The translations under genes were made by a program, and so were the position numbers. Under the pieces are notes generated by a model. The model did not search any database and had not been told where the DNA came from. It was given only the letters and a program-made list of their open reading frames with translations. Below, piece by piece: positions 49,197 to 61,065 of a stretch of 64,000 bases of DNA. Location: the NCBI RefSeq assembly GCF_001447785.1, contig NW_015172592.1, positions 445,542-509,541 on the forward strand, given 5' to 3'. Every line of letters begins with the position of its first letter. Positions within the stretch are counted from its first letter, which is position 1. The stretch comes from Gekko japonicus. Taxonomy: Eukaryota.

Positions 49197-49911
49197 CACA
49201 TGGGAAACTAATAGCCAAAAAAAGGGAGACTCACCCGCAATTGCATCTGATCACACAGTGGCTGTGATCACACGGGCGGCTTGGTGCGATATTGTGCTGC
49301 CTCTAATTGAACCGGGTTAAAGTGTAGTGGGATATATCAGGCACACAGCACACCCTGCTGTGGGTTACCCATGGAGACATCCTGTGGTAAAGCCGCCACA
49401 TTATTGTGGCGCCTCAGCCATGGAGCAAACTGCAAAAAAATAATAATCCAAAAACCATGTGTGTGCATAGTGTGCATGCGCACATAGGCAATTCTTTTTT
49501 TAAAAAACTGCCTCTGTAGCGGCAGAATGGATCTGCAGATTCACATTGCCTAATCTGTTCTGCGCGCACTCCCCTATGTTCAGCAACCTAAAGCCCCCTA
49601 GTCTTGGACAAATCATTGGATCTAGTGCAATGAATGCGCGGGGAAACAAAAACACCACTTCGGAGGTGGTGGCTTTTTAACCCGGCTCCAAGTCATCCTC
49701 TGACAGGGTGAGTGTATAGAAATATTGATTTCTATAGGCTTCATGTCTTCCCTGGAATGTATCTTGCTGATCCCCTGCTGAGTTGATTTCCTATTGAAAC
49801 CAAATGGCTTGAACATTTGGTCAGAAAAGCTCAATTGCCTGCCATATAACCACACATTCTTCACACTCTAGATGGAAGAGCTAGACCTGATGGCGCCTGG
49901 CTGTGCCTACA

Positions 49912-50783
49912 TGTCAGGAGTCACGTAAAGCATAGAGGAGTGGTTAGAGTTGGGGATCACATAACTGCAGGTGTGGCCTTCAAGACAACTGACCATTCAG
50001 AAATTGTACCCATGGCAACCCTACCATTGGGCACTCCCAGGTCTTCTTCAATTGGCCCCTGGCCAGGGCTAATTTGAAGACTGAATTACCCAATATCTGC
50101 TTAAAACCTATGAGAGAACGCTCTCTCCCTCTTCTGTTCCTGCTATGATCTCTGCAGCTCTGTGTCTGTCTATCTGAGATGCTGTGATGCCATGTGGCCT
50201 GGGAGAGAACAAAGGACTGCTTTGTGAGCTCAGCTCATGGTTGGCAAAGATGGACTTCTTGCTCCAAATCCCTTGGGGCTATTGGATTATTACCATGGAC
50301 TATCCTGGACTGGTAACTGTTCCTGACTTGGTAAATATGAAGCATTATGTTTAGTTAAGGCAAACACTGCCCTAGTCTTTCTTATTTTGGAAATCCTTAT
50401 TAGTCTGTGTTAAGTTCTGTGCTAAATAAATTTATTCTGGTTTTCTAATTTGTCTGGATTGTGGTAACTGGACTTCAAGATAAATCCTGTAGCCTAAACC
50501 GCTGACCAATTGTGCTACCTGTGTAAGATTAACTGCACACTCTGGATTGAGTGGCTAATGTGTAAAACCCACATGCCAACTGAGATTCTGGGGATCTCTA
50601 ATCTCAGGTTGGTGAAGGATTAAGTTTAGAGATCCCTGGTGGCTATTGTGTTTAAATCCAGAGAGCCTACCTTTCTGGGTTATTGAGTAATGTATTGTGC
50701 CAGTGTAGAATTCTTTCCCCCATCCCTGGACTGGCCTGGGGGGCAGAATCTATACAGTGAGTACGCCCAGGGAATGCTTGACA
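49912..50783 (+). mobile_element. Probable solo LTR
   Basis: TGTCA...TGACA termini, internal AATAAA at about 50425 followed by a GT-rich U5-like stretch; TSD not evident. Confidence 0.5.
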
Positions 50784-51572
50784 GATATGGCTGTGTGATC
50801 GTGCCTGTTTAATCCGTTTGTAAAATGTGCCTGGTTTGGGTCAAACTGCCAGTCTGAACACAACCAGTGATGGGCTGCACCCGCATCTATAAAGGGAAGT
50901 GTGATCTCGCAACTGTGTGTCAAATTCCTCCAGAGGGAATAGCCTCACTTCCCCTCTGCTTCGACTGGCGCGTGTGACCGCAGCCTCAGACTAGTTAAAA
51001 TATGGGCCAGTTTCTGATTGTAGTAAACTAAGGAAGACGTCTACGAAGTGGATGTTCTCTGCTTGGTCCTCAGAAACAGAGCTACCACACAAACACAAAG
51101 CACACTGTGACAAGTTCAGGACCCCAGAAAATCATGGATGACAAGAAACAAATTAAAACGTCAACTTCTGCCAACTCAAAGAATTAAATGTGGTGGCAGC
51201 AAGCTATTACTAAATTCATTTGAAAGTGTATTTCTCAGGCTTAAAATATTTGGCAACTTGAAGTTCCGTATACGCTCATTCAACACAATATAAGACTCAC
51301 AACAACATATACCTGTGTGTGATGAAAAGGGAAAGAAAAGGTAAGCCACATGACATCTGTGAAATTCTGTCATTCTGTGTTGAGAACTCATCATATTTAA
51401 GAGAAAAAGAAATGGGTAATCACACCAAAACCGTTCTTCAACACCGTTTATACAAGAGAGCTTTCCAAACAGATACAGAAAGCCCCTCATTGTCTGTTTA
51501 TGTGATAGACATACATACCAAACCAGTGGCACCTTTAAGACAACAAAGTTTTATTCAAGGTATGAGCTTTCG

Positions 51573-53776
51573 AGGGACTTCCGGTACGGCGTTTCGACGG
51601 ACGGGGGGAGCGAGACGAGCTCCGTCCCCACCCGAACTGTTCCCGTTTTTTTTTGAGCCCCCCGAGGCTCGGGGGAGCTTGACCATCCCCCCGAAGGGGG
51701 GGATGGAGCAGGGGGCGTCTTTTTGGCCCTTTCCCGCAATCGGCAGGGCGGGGGAGGTGTCCGAAACAGCCCCGAGGCTGAAGCGGGCAGCAGGGAACAT
51801 GGCCGCCATGTTCCGGAGAAACAACCATCCGCGTTTTTTTAATCTTTCCTATCGTTTAAATTTGGATTATAAAAGGCAGCAACGAAGAAAAAAATAGAAA
51901 GCATACCTATCTTCAAGAGGAAAGAAAAGAATCCCCGAATTGGCTTGGCATGAATTGGAAAGCGGCCGGTAAAGAGACTTGGCTAAGTATCTATAAACTT
52001 TTACTTTTGGTAGTGCGGGGAAAAGATACGGAGCTCTGGGGACAGGACTGTTAAGATTGGTCTTACAAAATATAAAAAAATGGCTGGAATAAGGGAAGAG
52101 GGACTGATTGAATTGTCTAGAGAAATGATGGAACAATTCTTTAAGGCAATGGTAGAAAAAATTCAGGAGGGCATTAAAGAAGGATTTAAAGCAGCAGCTG
52201 AAACCTCTCAAGGACCTTTTAAGCCTCCAGAGAATACTGAGACGGTGGAAGTATACAGTCAGAATCAGGAGAACAAGGAACAGATAACAGAAGTTGAATG
52301 GAAAACGGAGAACATGGAGTTAACAAATATTTTGGAAAACAAGGAACAGATAACAGAAGTTGAATGGAAAACGGAGAACATGGAGTTAACAAATATTTTG
52401 GAACGGAAACAAAATAAAGAAACAAAGAAGGGAAATGTCGGGAAGAGAAAAAAGTTAAAAAGAGAAAGAAAGAGAGGCAGAATGAAGAGAAAATGGAGAA
52501 TGAGGCGAATTGTGTGTAAGAGACTAAGCATCAGGAGACAAGCAGTTTCAGAAAATATAGAGAAGAGACTGGGAAAAAACCATCATGTATGCAAAGGGAG
52601 AGAACATGTGGACAGGTTACTGTGGCTAGAGTTATTAATGATATATAGAAGGCAATACAAGTTAAATGATATTGTATAATGATGCCTAAGAAATGTCTGA
52701 TCTGTAATAAAAGAGAGTAGGTTCTAGAACTTAGGAATGAAGTATAGATAAGTGCTGATAATGGTGCCTAAGAAATGTCTGATCTGTAACAAAAGATAGT
52801 AGGTGCTAGAACTTAGGAATGAGGTATAGATAAATGCTGAGATGGAAAATTTAATTTTCAGAAATAAAAACCTAGATGTAGGTATTAAGGACTTTAAGGT
52901 GAGGGTAAGGAAAACTGATAGAAATTTAAAAGAAACCAGTTTATCAATGATTGTCTACATTGTGTTATATCGTGTTTATATGGAGATCTAAAAATGAATT
53001 ATTATAAGCAAAGAGAAGGAATTTAACTATTGTTTAAAGATTTATAATCTGATGCAATGATATAAAGAAATTTAAATAATATGAGTGGAAAAAGGTCTGT
53101 GATGGAAACTACATGATCCTATAAACAAGTGTTTAGGTTTTGATTGACAAAATGAATTAATATAAGTTTAAGAAGAAGATATGTCTGATAATATAAGTAT
53201 CATTTAATATTTGGTGGTGTTTGAAAAGGAAATGAATTAAGTGTTTATGTTTTGATTGATAAAATGAACGTTTGATACTATCAGCATTATTTATTATTTA
53301 GGTGTGTTTAAAAGGAAATGAATTAAAATATATTAATTATAATGGGTGTGTATAACAACTATGTAGACTAGAGTAAAATTTTGGAATAGGTGTTAAATGG
53401 GAGGTGTAAAGTTTGAAAGTACGAAATGTGGTTAGGAAGATAAATGAAAATAATAGACAGAAATTTATTTATTTAGTTACTCAATTTTCTCCTTCTAGAG
53501 CTATTTATATTTTGTTGTTAAATGAACTGAGCTAAATGCTACAAATAGGACAGAAATGGATTCTCATCTTTATAAGAAGTTAGAGGTCTATCCCGAAAGG
53601 AGCAAGAAAGATAATTATATTTAGTATAAATATTGGATGCTGGTAATCTTGGAAGAAAATGTGTATGTTGCTGTCTTGAAGCAATTATGTATAAGTGGCA
53701 ATGGTGTGGTGTTGTAGGTGGTGGGTATTTGTCTGTTTAAAAAACCCAATAAAAATATTTACAAAAAAAAAAAAAA
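51573..53776 (+). mobile_element. Young non-autonomous poly(A) retroposon (L1/Tx1-mobilised type) with a single 199-aa ORF
   Basis: Perfect 16-bp TSD AAGGTATGAGCTTTCG (51557-51572, 53777-53792); CpG-rich 5' UTR starting AGGGACTTCCGG; ORF 52080-52679; about 1.1-kb AT-rich 3' UTR; AATAAA at 53748 and poly(A). Confidence 0.9.
52080..52679 (+). CDS. Element-encoded 199-aa protein (helical/acidic N-half, 22-aa duplication, very basic C-half); possibly a reduced ORF1p
   Basis: Uninterrupted ATG ORF in good Kozak context (AAAATGG) after the 5' UTR; exact 66-bp frame-preserving duplication; no recognisable RRM, EN or RT motif. Translation unproven. Confidence 0.45.
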   Translation: MAGIREEGLIELSREMMEQFFKAMVEKIQEGIKEGFKAAAETSQGPFKPPENTETVEVYSQNQENKEQITEVEWKTENMELTNILENKEQITEVEWKTENMELTNILERKQNKETKKGNVGKRKKLKRERKRGRMKRKWRMRRIVCKRLSIRRQAVSENIEKRLGKNHHVCKGREHVDRLLWLELLMIYRRQYKLNDIV

Positions 53777-55254
53777 AAGGTATGAGCTTTCGTGTGCACA
53801 CACAATTCTTTAGATACAATGAAATGGAAACAGACCAACACGGCAAACTAAAGATGGCTCTAAAATGCTGGGAAAGCAACAGGCACCTCTTCCTCCTTCA
53901 CAAGTCAGTCTCGTCTAGCATGTCTTGAAGTAACTGTATTACAGCATTTTATAAGATGCCAGCTTATAAACAAACCAAGAGTAATAGCTATGGAATGTGC
54001 CAAAAATGAGAACACGAAAAGTGAAAGCGCCAAGTGACCTTTCTGCCACATCTTGTGCATGTTTTTCCTCATGTGCAGAGACTGCAGCCCTGTGGTCTTC
54101 CTGGTATTGGCATGTACAACTCACAGTTCAAGAATCTGCTGCACATTCTTTTATAAAATTTCCCATCCACCCAAACATATATCCATCTTGTTTAAAATGA
54201 CACTGAGTCAGAGCCAAAGTTTGCTTTAGCTGGATGTCAGGAACAGGTCTATGCCGGGATTTAATTTGTGGATGAAGACTACCCTTTTTAAAAACTGGAT
54301 TATTTCTTTTAATCAGCCTTGATGGACTATTTGGTTGTATGTAGAAAAGAGGTGATGGCATGCAAATCAGCAGAAAAGAGTGCTGCTAAGGACAGGAAAG
54401 AACTCACCCAGGTCCCCCCCTTCTTATTTAATGAGAGCTGCTTCTGAGTAAAGAGTAATATCCCAGGCTACTTTCCCCGATCCCTGGATCTTACCAAGTT
54501 TTTGTTCTGTCCCAGAAATGAAATATGGAGTAGGAAGAGCACCAGAAATGAAGTTATCTGCTAAGCAGAGCAGAGCAAAGTCATATGAAATAAAAAGATT
54601 TTTTTGTCTGTCTGGGTTTTTTTTTTTTTAAAGACCAGGGCATATATTTTTCTTGTTCTCCTAAGGAATGCATGAGTTACTCGTGCAGCAGCCAGCTAAT
54701 TATGAAGCTCACAAGCTACCTGTTGGAAACCCTTGCCATAACATGTACATAACTCTCCCCAAACCTTATACTCATTCCTATGCAAAAGCCTGTGTACAGC
54801 TTGCAGTATAAGTTGATTGCCTTTGCATTTGTACTTCTTTAGATGTAGCTAATGGGGGTGTGGTGGGGAGTAAAGATGAATTTTAGGATAAAATAAGTTG
54901 GAAACCAACAAAGACCTGTGGGGAGCTTCTCATTTCACCCTCTCTCACTCTTCCTTCTTTCCCTTCCCTGGCAACCCCCATAGGTTCCCCCCTTTGCTTG
55001 CTTGTTTTTTTCCTTCCCACACACCAACTGACTTTTATCTACCCCTCTATCTTTAGTTTTTCCTCTTTCCCATCCCCTGGCACTCTCTCCCTGGGAAAAC
55101 TATAGCCAAGTTTCACAGTGACAGATAGACCTGCAATGACTCACTTTCCTCTGTATCAGCTCCCCACACCTCTGTATCACCTCCCCATCCTTCCCTATTC
55201 CTGGCAACCCCCATATCCTCAAGAGAAAATAATAGGACAGTATCAGTTGCTATG

Positions 55255-56980
55255 TAGGGATTTTCCACTTTTTGACTTCGTACAATGGCTCAATTCAGTC
55301 CATCCTACTATAAGGTTTTCTTATCAGAGTAGTCATAATAGTATTGATTTTCTTGATACTACAGTTTTTGTTTCAGAGAAGGGTACTTTAGCTGTTAAAC
55401 CATTTTCCAAGAAAACAGATAAGAATACTTATCTCCATTACCAGTCCCATCATGTTAGACACATATGTGAAAACTTGCCTTATGGGCAGTATTTGAGGGC
55501 CAAAAGAAATACAACATTGTATGAACATTATGAGATGGAATCTTCTAAATTATCTTTACAATTGAAAGAGAGAAGGTACCCCAGTAGAATCATCCAACGT
55601 GCAGTAAGTAGAGCCAACAGTGTGGCCAGGTTGGATCTCTTTAAACAGACAGAGCATAGTGCACCATTATGTTCTTTTTCATGTGCCTTTGATTTTACTC
55701 CACTGGCTTCCCAAATTAAAAATACAATATTGAAACACTGGAATATTGTGGAGGGTATTTCGGGCTGTCAACATCAGCCCCCCATAGGATTTAGAAGAAC
55801 TAAGAATGTTCATGATTTAATGGTACACTTTGACTTAGAGCAGGCAATTCTAATACTACAACACCTAGTGACCATTTTCCATGCGACAGGTGTTCCGTAT
55901 GTTCAATGGTATGGCAAACAAATAAGATTAAGATCCTGAGTAGGGACTTTATATATGAGATTAGATTTTTCTCTTCATGTTACACCAGAAGGGTAATTTT
56001 TCTCCTAAAATGTGTTTGCCAATCCTTGTATGTGGGAATCTCAACAAGAACCATTAGAGCCCGTATTATTGAACATAGGTCTTGTATTAGAAATTTACAT
56101 TCAGAATCTTGACTCAGCATTTTATTGAAAAACAGCATTTCCCTGATGCTTTTCAGTTTGTAATTTTGGAGGTCTTAAAGACACACCCATATTCATATAG
56201 ATGTACAGAGAAATTTGAGACAACGAGAAGCGTATTGGATATTTCATCTCAAAACATATTGTCCTTATGGCCTCAACCAGTCATTGGAATTTAGTAGCTA
56301 CTTATGAATAGCAATATGGTTTAGTTTTTGTCCTTTACCACTTTAAGAACCTGAAAGCTATGATACCAAACACATGTCCCTTCTTGTTATATGTAGCTTG
56401 TAAGTGTAGGTGGAATTCAGAGGCTTACTGACAATGTAAGAAAGTTTTCTACTGATGATCGGTTGCCCTGCTTAAACTAGTTTTATGTGAATTGTGGTAA
56501 GCATTTTGTCCTTTTATAACATCTGTCTATAACATGTTTTTAAATTTTACAAAGGTATTATGAGAGCAACTTTGTTGTATTTTGTTATAGGATATTTTCC
56601 CCTGAATAATAACATGAAGGCTTCTGTATATTGAGCACTAGATGAAGGTAAATATTGTGAACTTATAAATTCTATATGACTGTGTTGTAAATATTAGTAT
56701 TAATTGCCGGGCTGATTATTATTGTAGCTATATGGTACAACTGAAGAAGTATCAACGAAACGAAGACTGGAATCTGGAGTCTTTGTCCATGTCCTTTGTG
56801 CCAGCTTCCTGTATACACTCTGTGTTGTTGTATGTTATTTGTATACACTATATTGTAGCTGTTTGTACACATTTTGTTTTGTATAAATATTTTTTCACTT
56901 CAGTATAATGCCCTGGATTGTGTTATGTATATAGTGCTTTTTTGGTTTATGTATATTATACTGTGTTATCACTTTTGTAT
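55255..56980 (+). mobile_element. Penelope-like element (Neptune type), 5'-truncated: RT thumb, Cys knuckle, GIY-YIG endonuclease, 3' region
   Basis: LNSVHPTIRF...IDFLDTTV...KKTDKNTYLHYQSHH...LPYGQYLRAKR; frameshift into FPCDRCSVCS; VIFLLKCVCQSLYVGISTRTIRARIIEH (GIY-YIG); hammerhead-like motif downstream. Confidence 0.92.
56731..56795 (+). ncRNA. Type I hammerhead ribozyme-like motif (stem I degenerate)
   Basis: CTGAAGA (56741), 2-bp stem II GT-ATCA-AC, GAAA (56757-56760), 9-bp stem III (56760-56768 with 56778-56786), GTC triplet ending at 56787. Confidence 0.6.
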
Positions 56981-59900
56981 TTCATTGAAAGATAATTATC
57001 AGGAGCTGTAAATGAGGTGCCAGTTGATGCTACTTACTTTTATAATGAGTTTCTGGAACATTTAATACAATAACATTCTAATGTCTGTCAGGGTAATAGG
57101 AATGATCATTTATTTCATAAAAAACCTAGAGGTAGTTATGCCTATTCATTAATGTGGTTAACATAACTAATCTGACTACAATATTTTACAGCATTAGTAA
57201 CACTATGAAACAATCAGATCCAACAGATATTCTGGTGTGTTGCTATCTGCCCTTAGTTGGGTGGGGACACTGAGAGGCTTGAGCAAATATGTAACTTACA
57301 GGGACATTGTCCAACCCGAACAGTTTGCTGATGTTTCCACCAAACATGATAGTCTTGCTTGGTATTTCTGTGTATAGTGTTTCGGCTTTCTACCAATCAC
57401 TGCACTGTCTCAGTAGCTTTTAGATGGCTTTCATATTCTATATAGACACAGATCTTATTTACATGAACTATTTTGCAGTCTGGGATAATCAATCAGGCAA
57501 AGGGCAAGATTTGCTTGTATCTGCTGGTAGGAAAGGCTGTAGGCAAGGCTGTGGAAAGTTGGGTGGGACAGGAGCAGAGCCCAAGGCTTTGCCCTCCTCA
57601 TGATAAAATGTTTACGTGTTTTGCAGATGATGGAACAGAGATAGAGGCTAACACTGCCTAAACAAAACATGTACACACACAGGATGCACAAGATCTATGG
57701 TGGCAAAGAATCAGATAATCTCTCTTTGCAAGAGAGAACTACTAATTTATGATCTGAGATATCCCAGTATCTTTTAAAAACAATTGTGCCTCCCCTCCCC
57801 CTGAAACAAATTATACCCCTTCACACCTACTTTAAGCTTCAGAAAGGAAAATCTCTTGTAGAGAAAGCACATGTGGATGGAAAAGTCTATTGTTACACCC
57901 AAATGCACTGTGTAGGCAAGGGAAACTGAATCCTGCAATTTTTTCATGAGCTTGAAACAGGTTTCCACACTGATATGAGAAATGAACAAAGTTGGCATAG
58001 AAATCAACCAACCACAGTAAGGGAATGCTTTTGCAGAATATTGTTCTCATTTTCATGCTAAATTTTTATTTTAAATTGTATGGGTTTTTTAATTATATGT
58101 TATTTTAAATTGTATGTTTAACACCTGCTTGGGGATCCTAGAAAAGAGGAAAAATCGGTTCACAGCCCTCATTTCTCTCATCTGCCTGAAATTTGGCAGG
58201 AAGGACTGCTTGGATAAGAGGTACACTGCCTGAAATCTCATCACAGTTGGGTGGAAAACAAACAAAACGACAACAACAACACATACACAAACTGTATAAA
58301 GAAGTGTAACCTCCACTGACATTAGAGGAAATGAACAAAACGACCCTTTTCCTAACAGGTGTAATAACTATAAACAAGAAAACAAAAAATAAGAAATTAC
58401 CCAAATACCCACCTCATAAGATACAAAGTCATTTTAAATCAACAGCTTGTATCACTTCAAAGGTTTGGGTCCAAAAGATTCTGTTGTGAGAATAGATATG
58501 AGACTTGCTGACTTTCCTCTGCATATTGGACCCAGGCCATTATCACCCTGTGCTAAGGGTCTACAATTTCAAAGTAGGTTGCACTGTGCCTGCAAATATT
58601 TTGGATGTGTGCCATAATATGAACCAGGCTCTGTCTGGGTTTTTTAAATCCCTAAATTTATGAGTTTGCCTTTATTAACCACTTTCCTCTCCAATATTGA
58701 AAATACCCCTTCCCCCCAATCATCACTGTAAAACTTCAAACTAAACACTACTCTGACCAATAATTTTATTCTTGGTGTTTCAAATGAGGATTGAGAAAAT
58801 ACATACTTATCCTTCAATCTTAAAAAATATGATAGCATCAAGCCAGCAAAGCTGATGCACACAGACTCCAGAAAAGCAGCAGCTTTCCTGTTCATTCTAG
58901 CATCAGGAAACGCCGGGCTAGAACTAAGAGGAATTTAGAACAGCAAGGACTCTGCAGGCACTGATTTCCACTAGGGAACAGGTATAATAAATGGTTTTGC
59001 TTGTAGGTAGAAATGAAATTATAGAAGAGGAAACATTTTGGAAGATTTTCTGAAACTTACTTTTTATCTACAGTATAACATATTTTAAATTGATGCAATA
59101 CCATATTCTGCCTTCCTAGTCTGTCAAGGAAAACAAAGTGCCCCATCAGCAGAACCAAAGTACTTTGAGACAATAAGTTCTATGACTTGAAGTTAGCATT
59201 TCATATTTAATTATCCCGCAGGTTTTGACACATACAGTTCGAATTCTGTTTTAATACTATTTTTTAAAACTCAGTTTAAAAGTACACGTTTAACATTTAA
59301 TCTGTGATAAAGTGTTAGTAGAAAACTATAGAAAAAGGCAGTGTGAGTTTGGAAGATCTAGCAATGTCACAAGGAAATCCAGACAGATCTGAATGGAAAG
59401 CCTCCTTAAAATACAGTTCTTTCAACAGCTAAAACTAAGCCTCCACTGAAACCCTGAAAAGATGTTGTCTCAGAAGAAAACTCTATTTTGGTGATGTGAA
59501 GCCATTTCTTCATTCAACTTCATTTGAATATTTTGGCTTAAATACATGTGGCCAGACAAGTGGAGGTGAGTGACAAGGGCAGGATTTGTGTTGTTCTTTT
59601 GCTTTCTATGAAAATGCCAAGTTTTATAACTTAAAAACAACAACAACTGTTACCTAGTATATATTTAAAAAGAGTTCTAAATGGGTCTTGGGCAGAAAAG
59701 CTTCTAATGAATTATCCCCAATTATGATTTCTCTCTGCTACCATTCCCATTATCTTTGCTATTGCTAACAGCTTTGTTATTCACCAATATAATCATATTA
59801 GGAGTAAGACTCATTGTGGGAAGAAATACGAGTTCTAGAAAATAGAGGGAGGCAAGCCCTCCCCAGGCTCTACCCCGCAAATCTACAGATATTTCCCAAC

Positions 59901-59989
59901 CCAGAGTTGGCAACCCTGTAACTGGGTATGGAATCGCATTCCAGACCCTTGGAACTCAGAAGACAAGGCATAGGAGGAGGTGCTTTTCT

Positions 59990-60255
59990 ACCTTAGCTGC
60001 CACTGCATAACCCCAAATCAACATAAGATGGAATGAACCATACCTGTTACCATGAGGCTGTCCTCCCATACTACCTACTTGGGGCAGCAAAATTACTTGA
60101 GACAGCCCTGCCTTATGGATAAGCAGAAGGAAATAAACACGCCTCCCTCTATTTTCCCTTCCCTCTGCCGCCCCACCAGCCACAGCCGGGACACTCACCT
60201 GGAGCTTCCTTCTAGAACTCATTGTATTTCTTCCCACAACGGGCCTTACTCCTAG
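59990..60255 (+). mobile_element. Helitron 3'-terminal fragment
   Basis: CTAGAACTCATTGTATTTCTTCCCACAACGGGCCTTACTCCTAG|T closely parallels the 3' end at 9113-9156; left boundary uncertain. Confidence 0.5.
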
Positions 60256-60261
60256 TAATTC

Positions 60262-60745
60262 CATAGAGTCCATTGCCCAAAGCAGCCATTTTCTAAAAGA
60301 GAACAGATCTTGGAGATCTCCAGGTGCTGCCTGGAGGCTGGCAATACTAAGGAGAGGGCCAGACCTGTAGGTTTGAGGGGTAGAGCCTGGGGAGGGCAGG
60401 GTTTGGGGTGTGGAGGGACCTCAGACGGATATAATTACATAGAGTCCATTGCCCAAAGCAGCCATTCTCTCCAGGAGAACTGATCTTGGAGATCTCCAGG
60501 TGCTGCCTGGAGGCTGGCAATACTAAGGAGAGGGCCAGACCTGTAGATTTGAGGGGTAGAGCCTGGGGAGGGCAGGGTTTGGGGTGTGGAGGGACTTCAG
60601 CAGGGTATAATGCCATAGAGTCCACTGCCCAAACCAGCCATTGTAATAGCTGGGAAATTTTCTGTAGGGGAAATGATGTGCTGTGGTTGGGGAACACAAT
60701 GATTTCTGGGAGATCTCCAGGCCCCACAGGGAGATTGGCAACTCC
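60262..60745. repeat. Tandemly duplicated TAGGGTTGCC-family MITE segments (~176-bp period)
   Basis: CATAGAGTCCA(T/C)TGCCCAAA at 60262, 60438 and 60615. Confidence 0.8.
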
Positions 60746-60809
60746 AGTGACTGTTTAAGGGGAAATTGGGATATGTATTTTACCTCAGGATATATTCAAT
60801 GACTCCCAA

Positions 60810-61065
60810 CAGCAACAACAAACTGTTTAGAATGTTAGAGGCAAAGGCCAATCAGGCCACATATGCAAATGACCTTTGTGTTCCGACTGGCTATTGGGGG
60901 GAGAGGAACAGCAAACTGTTTAGAATATTGGAGGCGAGACTCAGGCAACGCAGCCAGTTTATAGGGTCAGCTTCTGAGTGACAGATCAGGGAGCCAACTG
61001 ATTTGGGAGCGTGTGGAATGTTCAGGAGAGTGCAACCACCAAAACAGAATTATTATATAGAGAGA
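60810..61065 (-). mobile_element. Helitron 5' fragment, same family as 8201-9156
   Basis: Minus strand starts a|TCTCTCTATATAATAA; collinear with about 8226-8500, including ATTTGCATATG and the ATTCTAAACAGTTTG repeats. Confidence 0.65.

Larger units (their letters stand above)
48632..50985. mobile_element. PIF/Harbinger-like non-autonomous element with nested insertions
   Basis: TIRs GGCTGCGATCACAC / GTGTGACCGCAGCC, flanks TTA / TCA; same TIR family as 26355-26740. Confidence 0.65.

Noticed and set aside
51319-51897. 192-aa ORF
   Set aside because: It crosses from flanking DNA through the TSD into the element's 5' UTR and starts at GTG; a chance fusion.
55118-55255. N-terminal part of the 273-aa ORF
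   Set aside because: Pro-rich read-in from an adjacent pyrimidine-rich repeat; Penelope homology begins only near FVQWLNSVHP.
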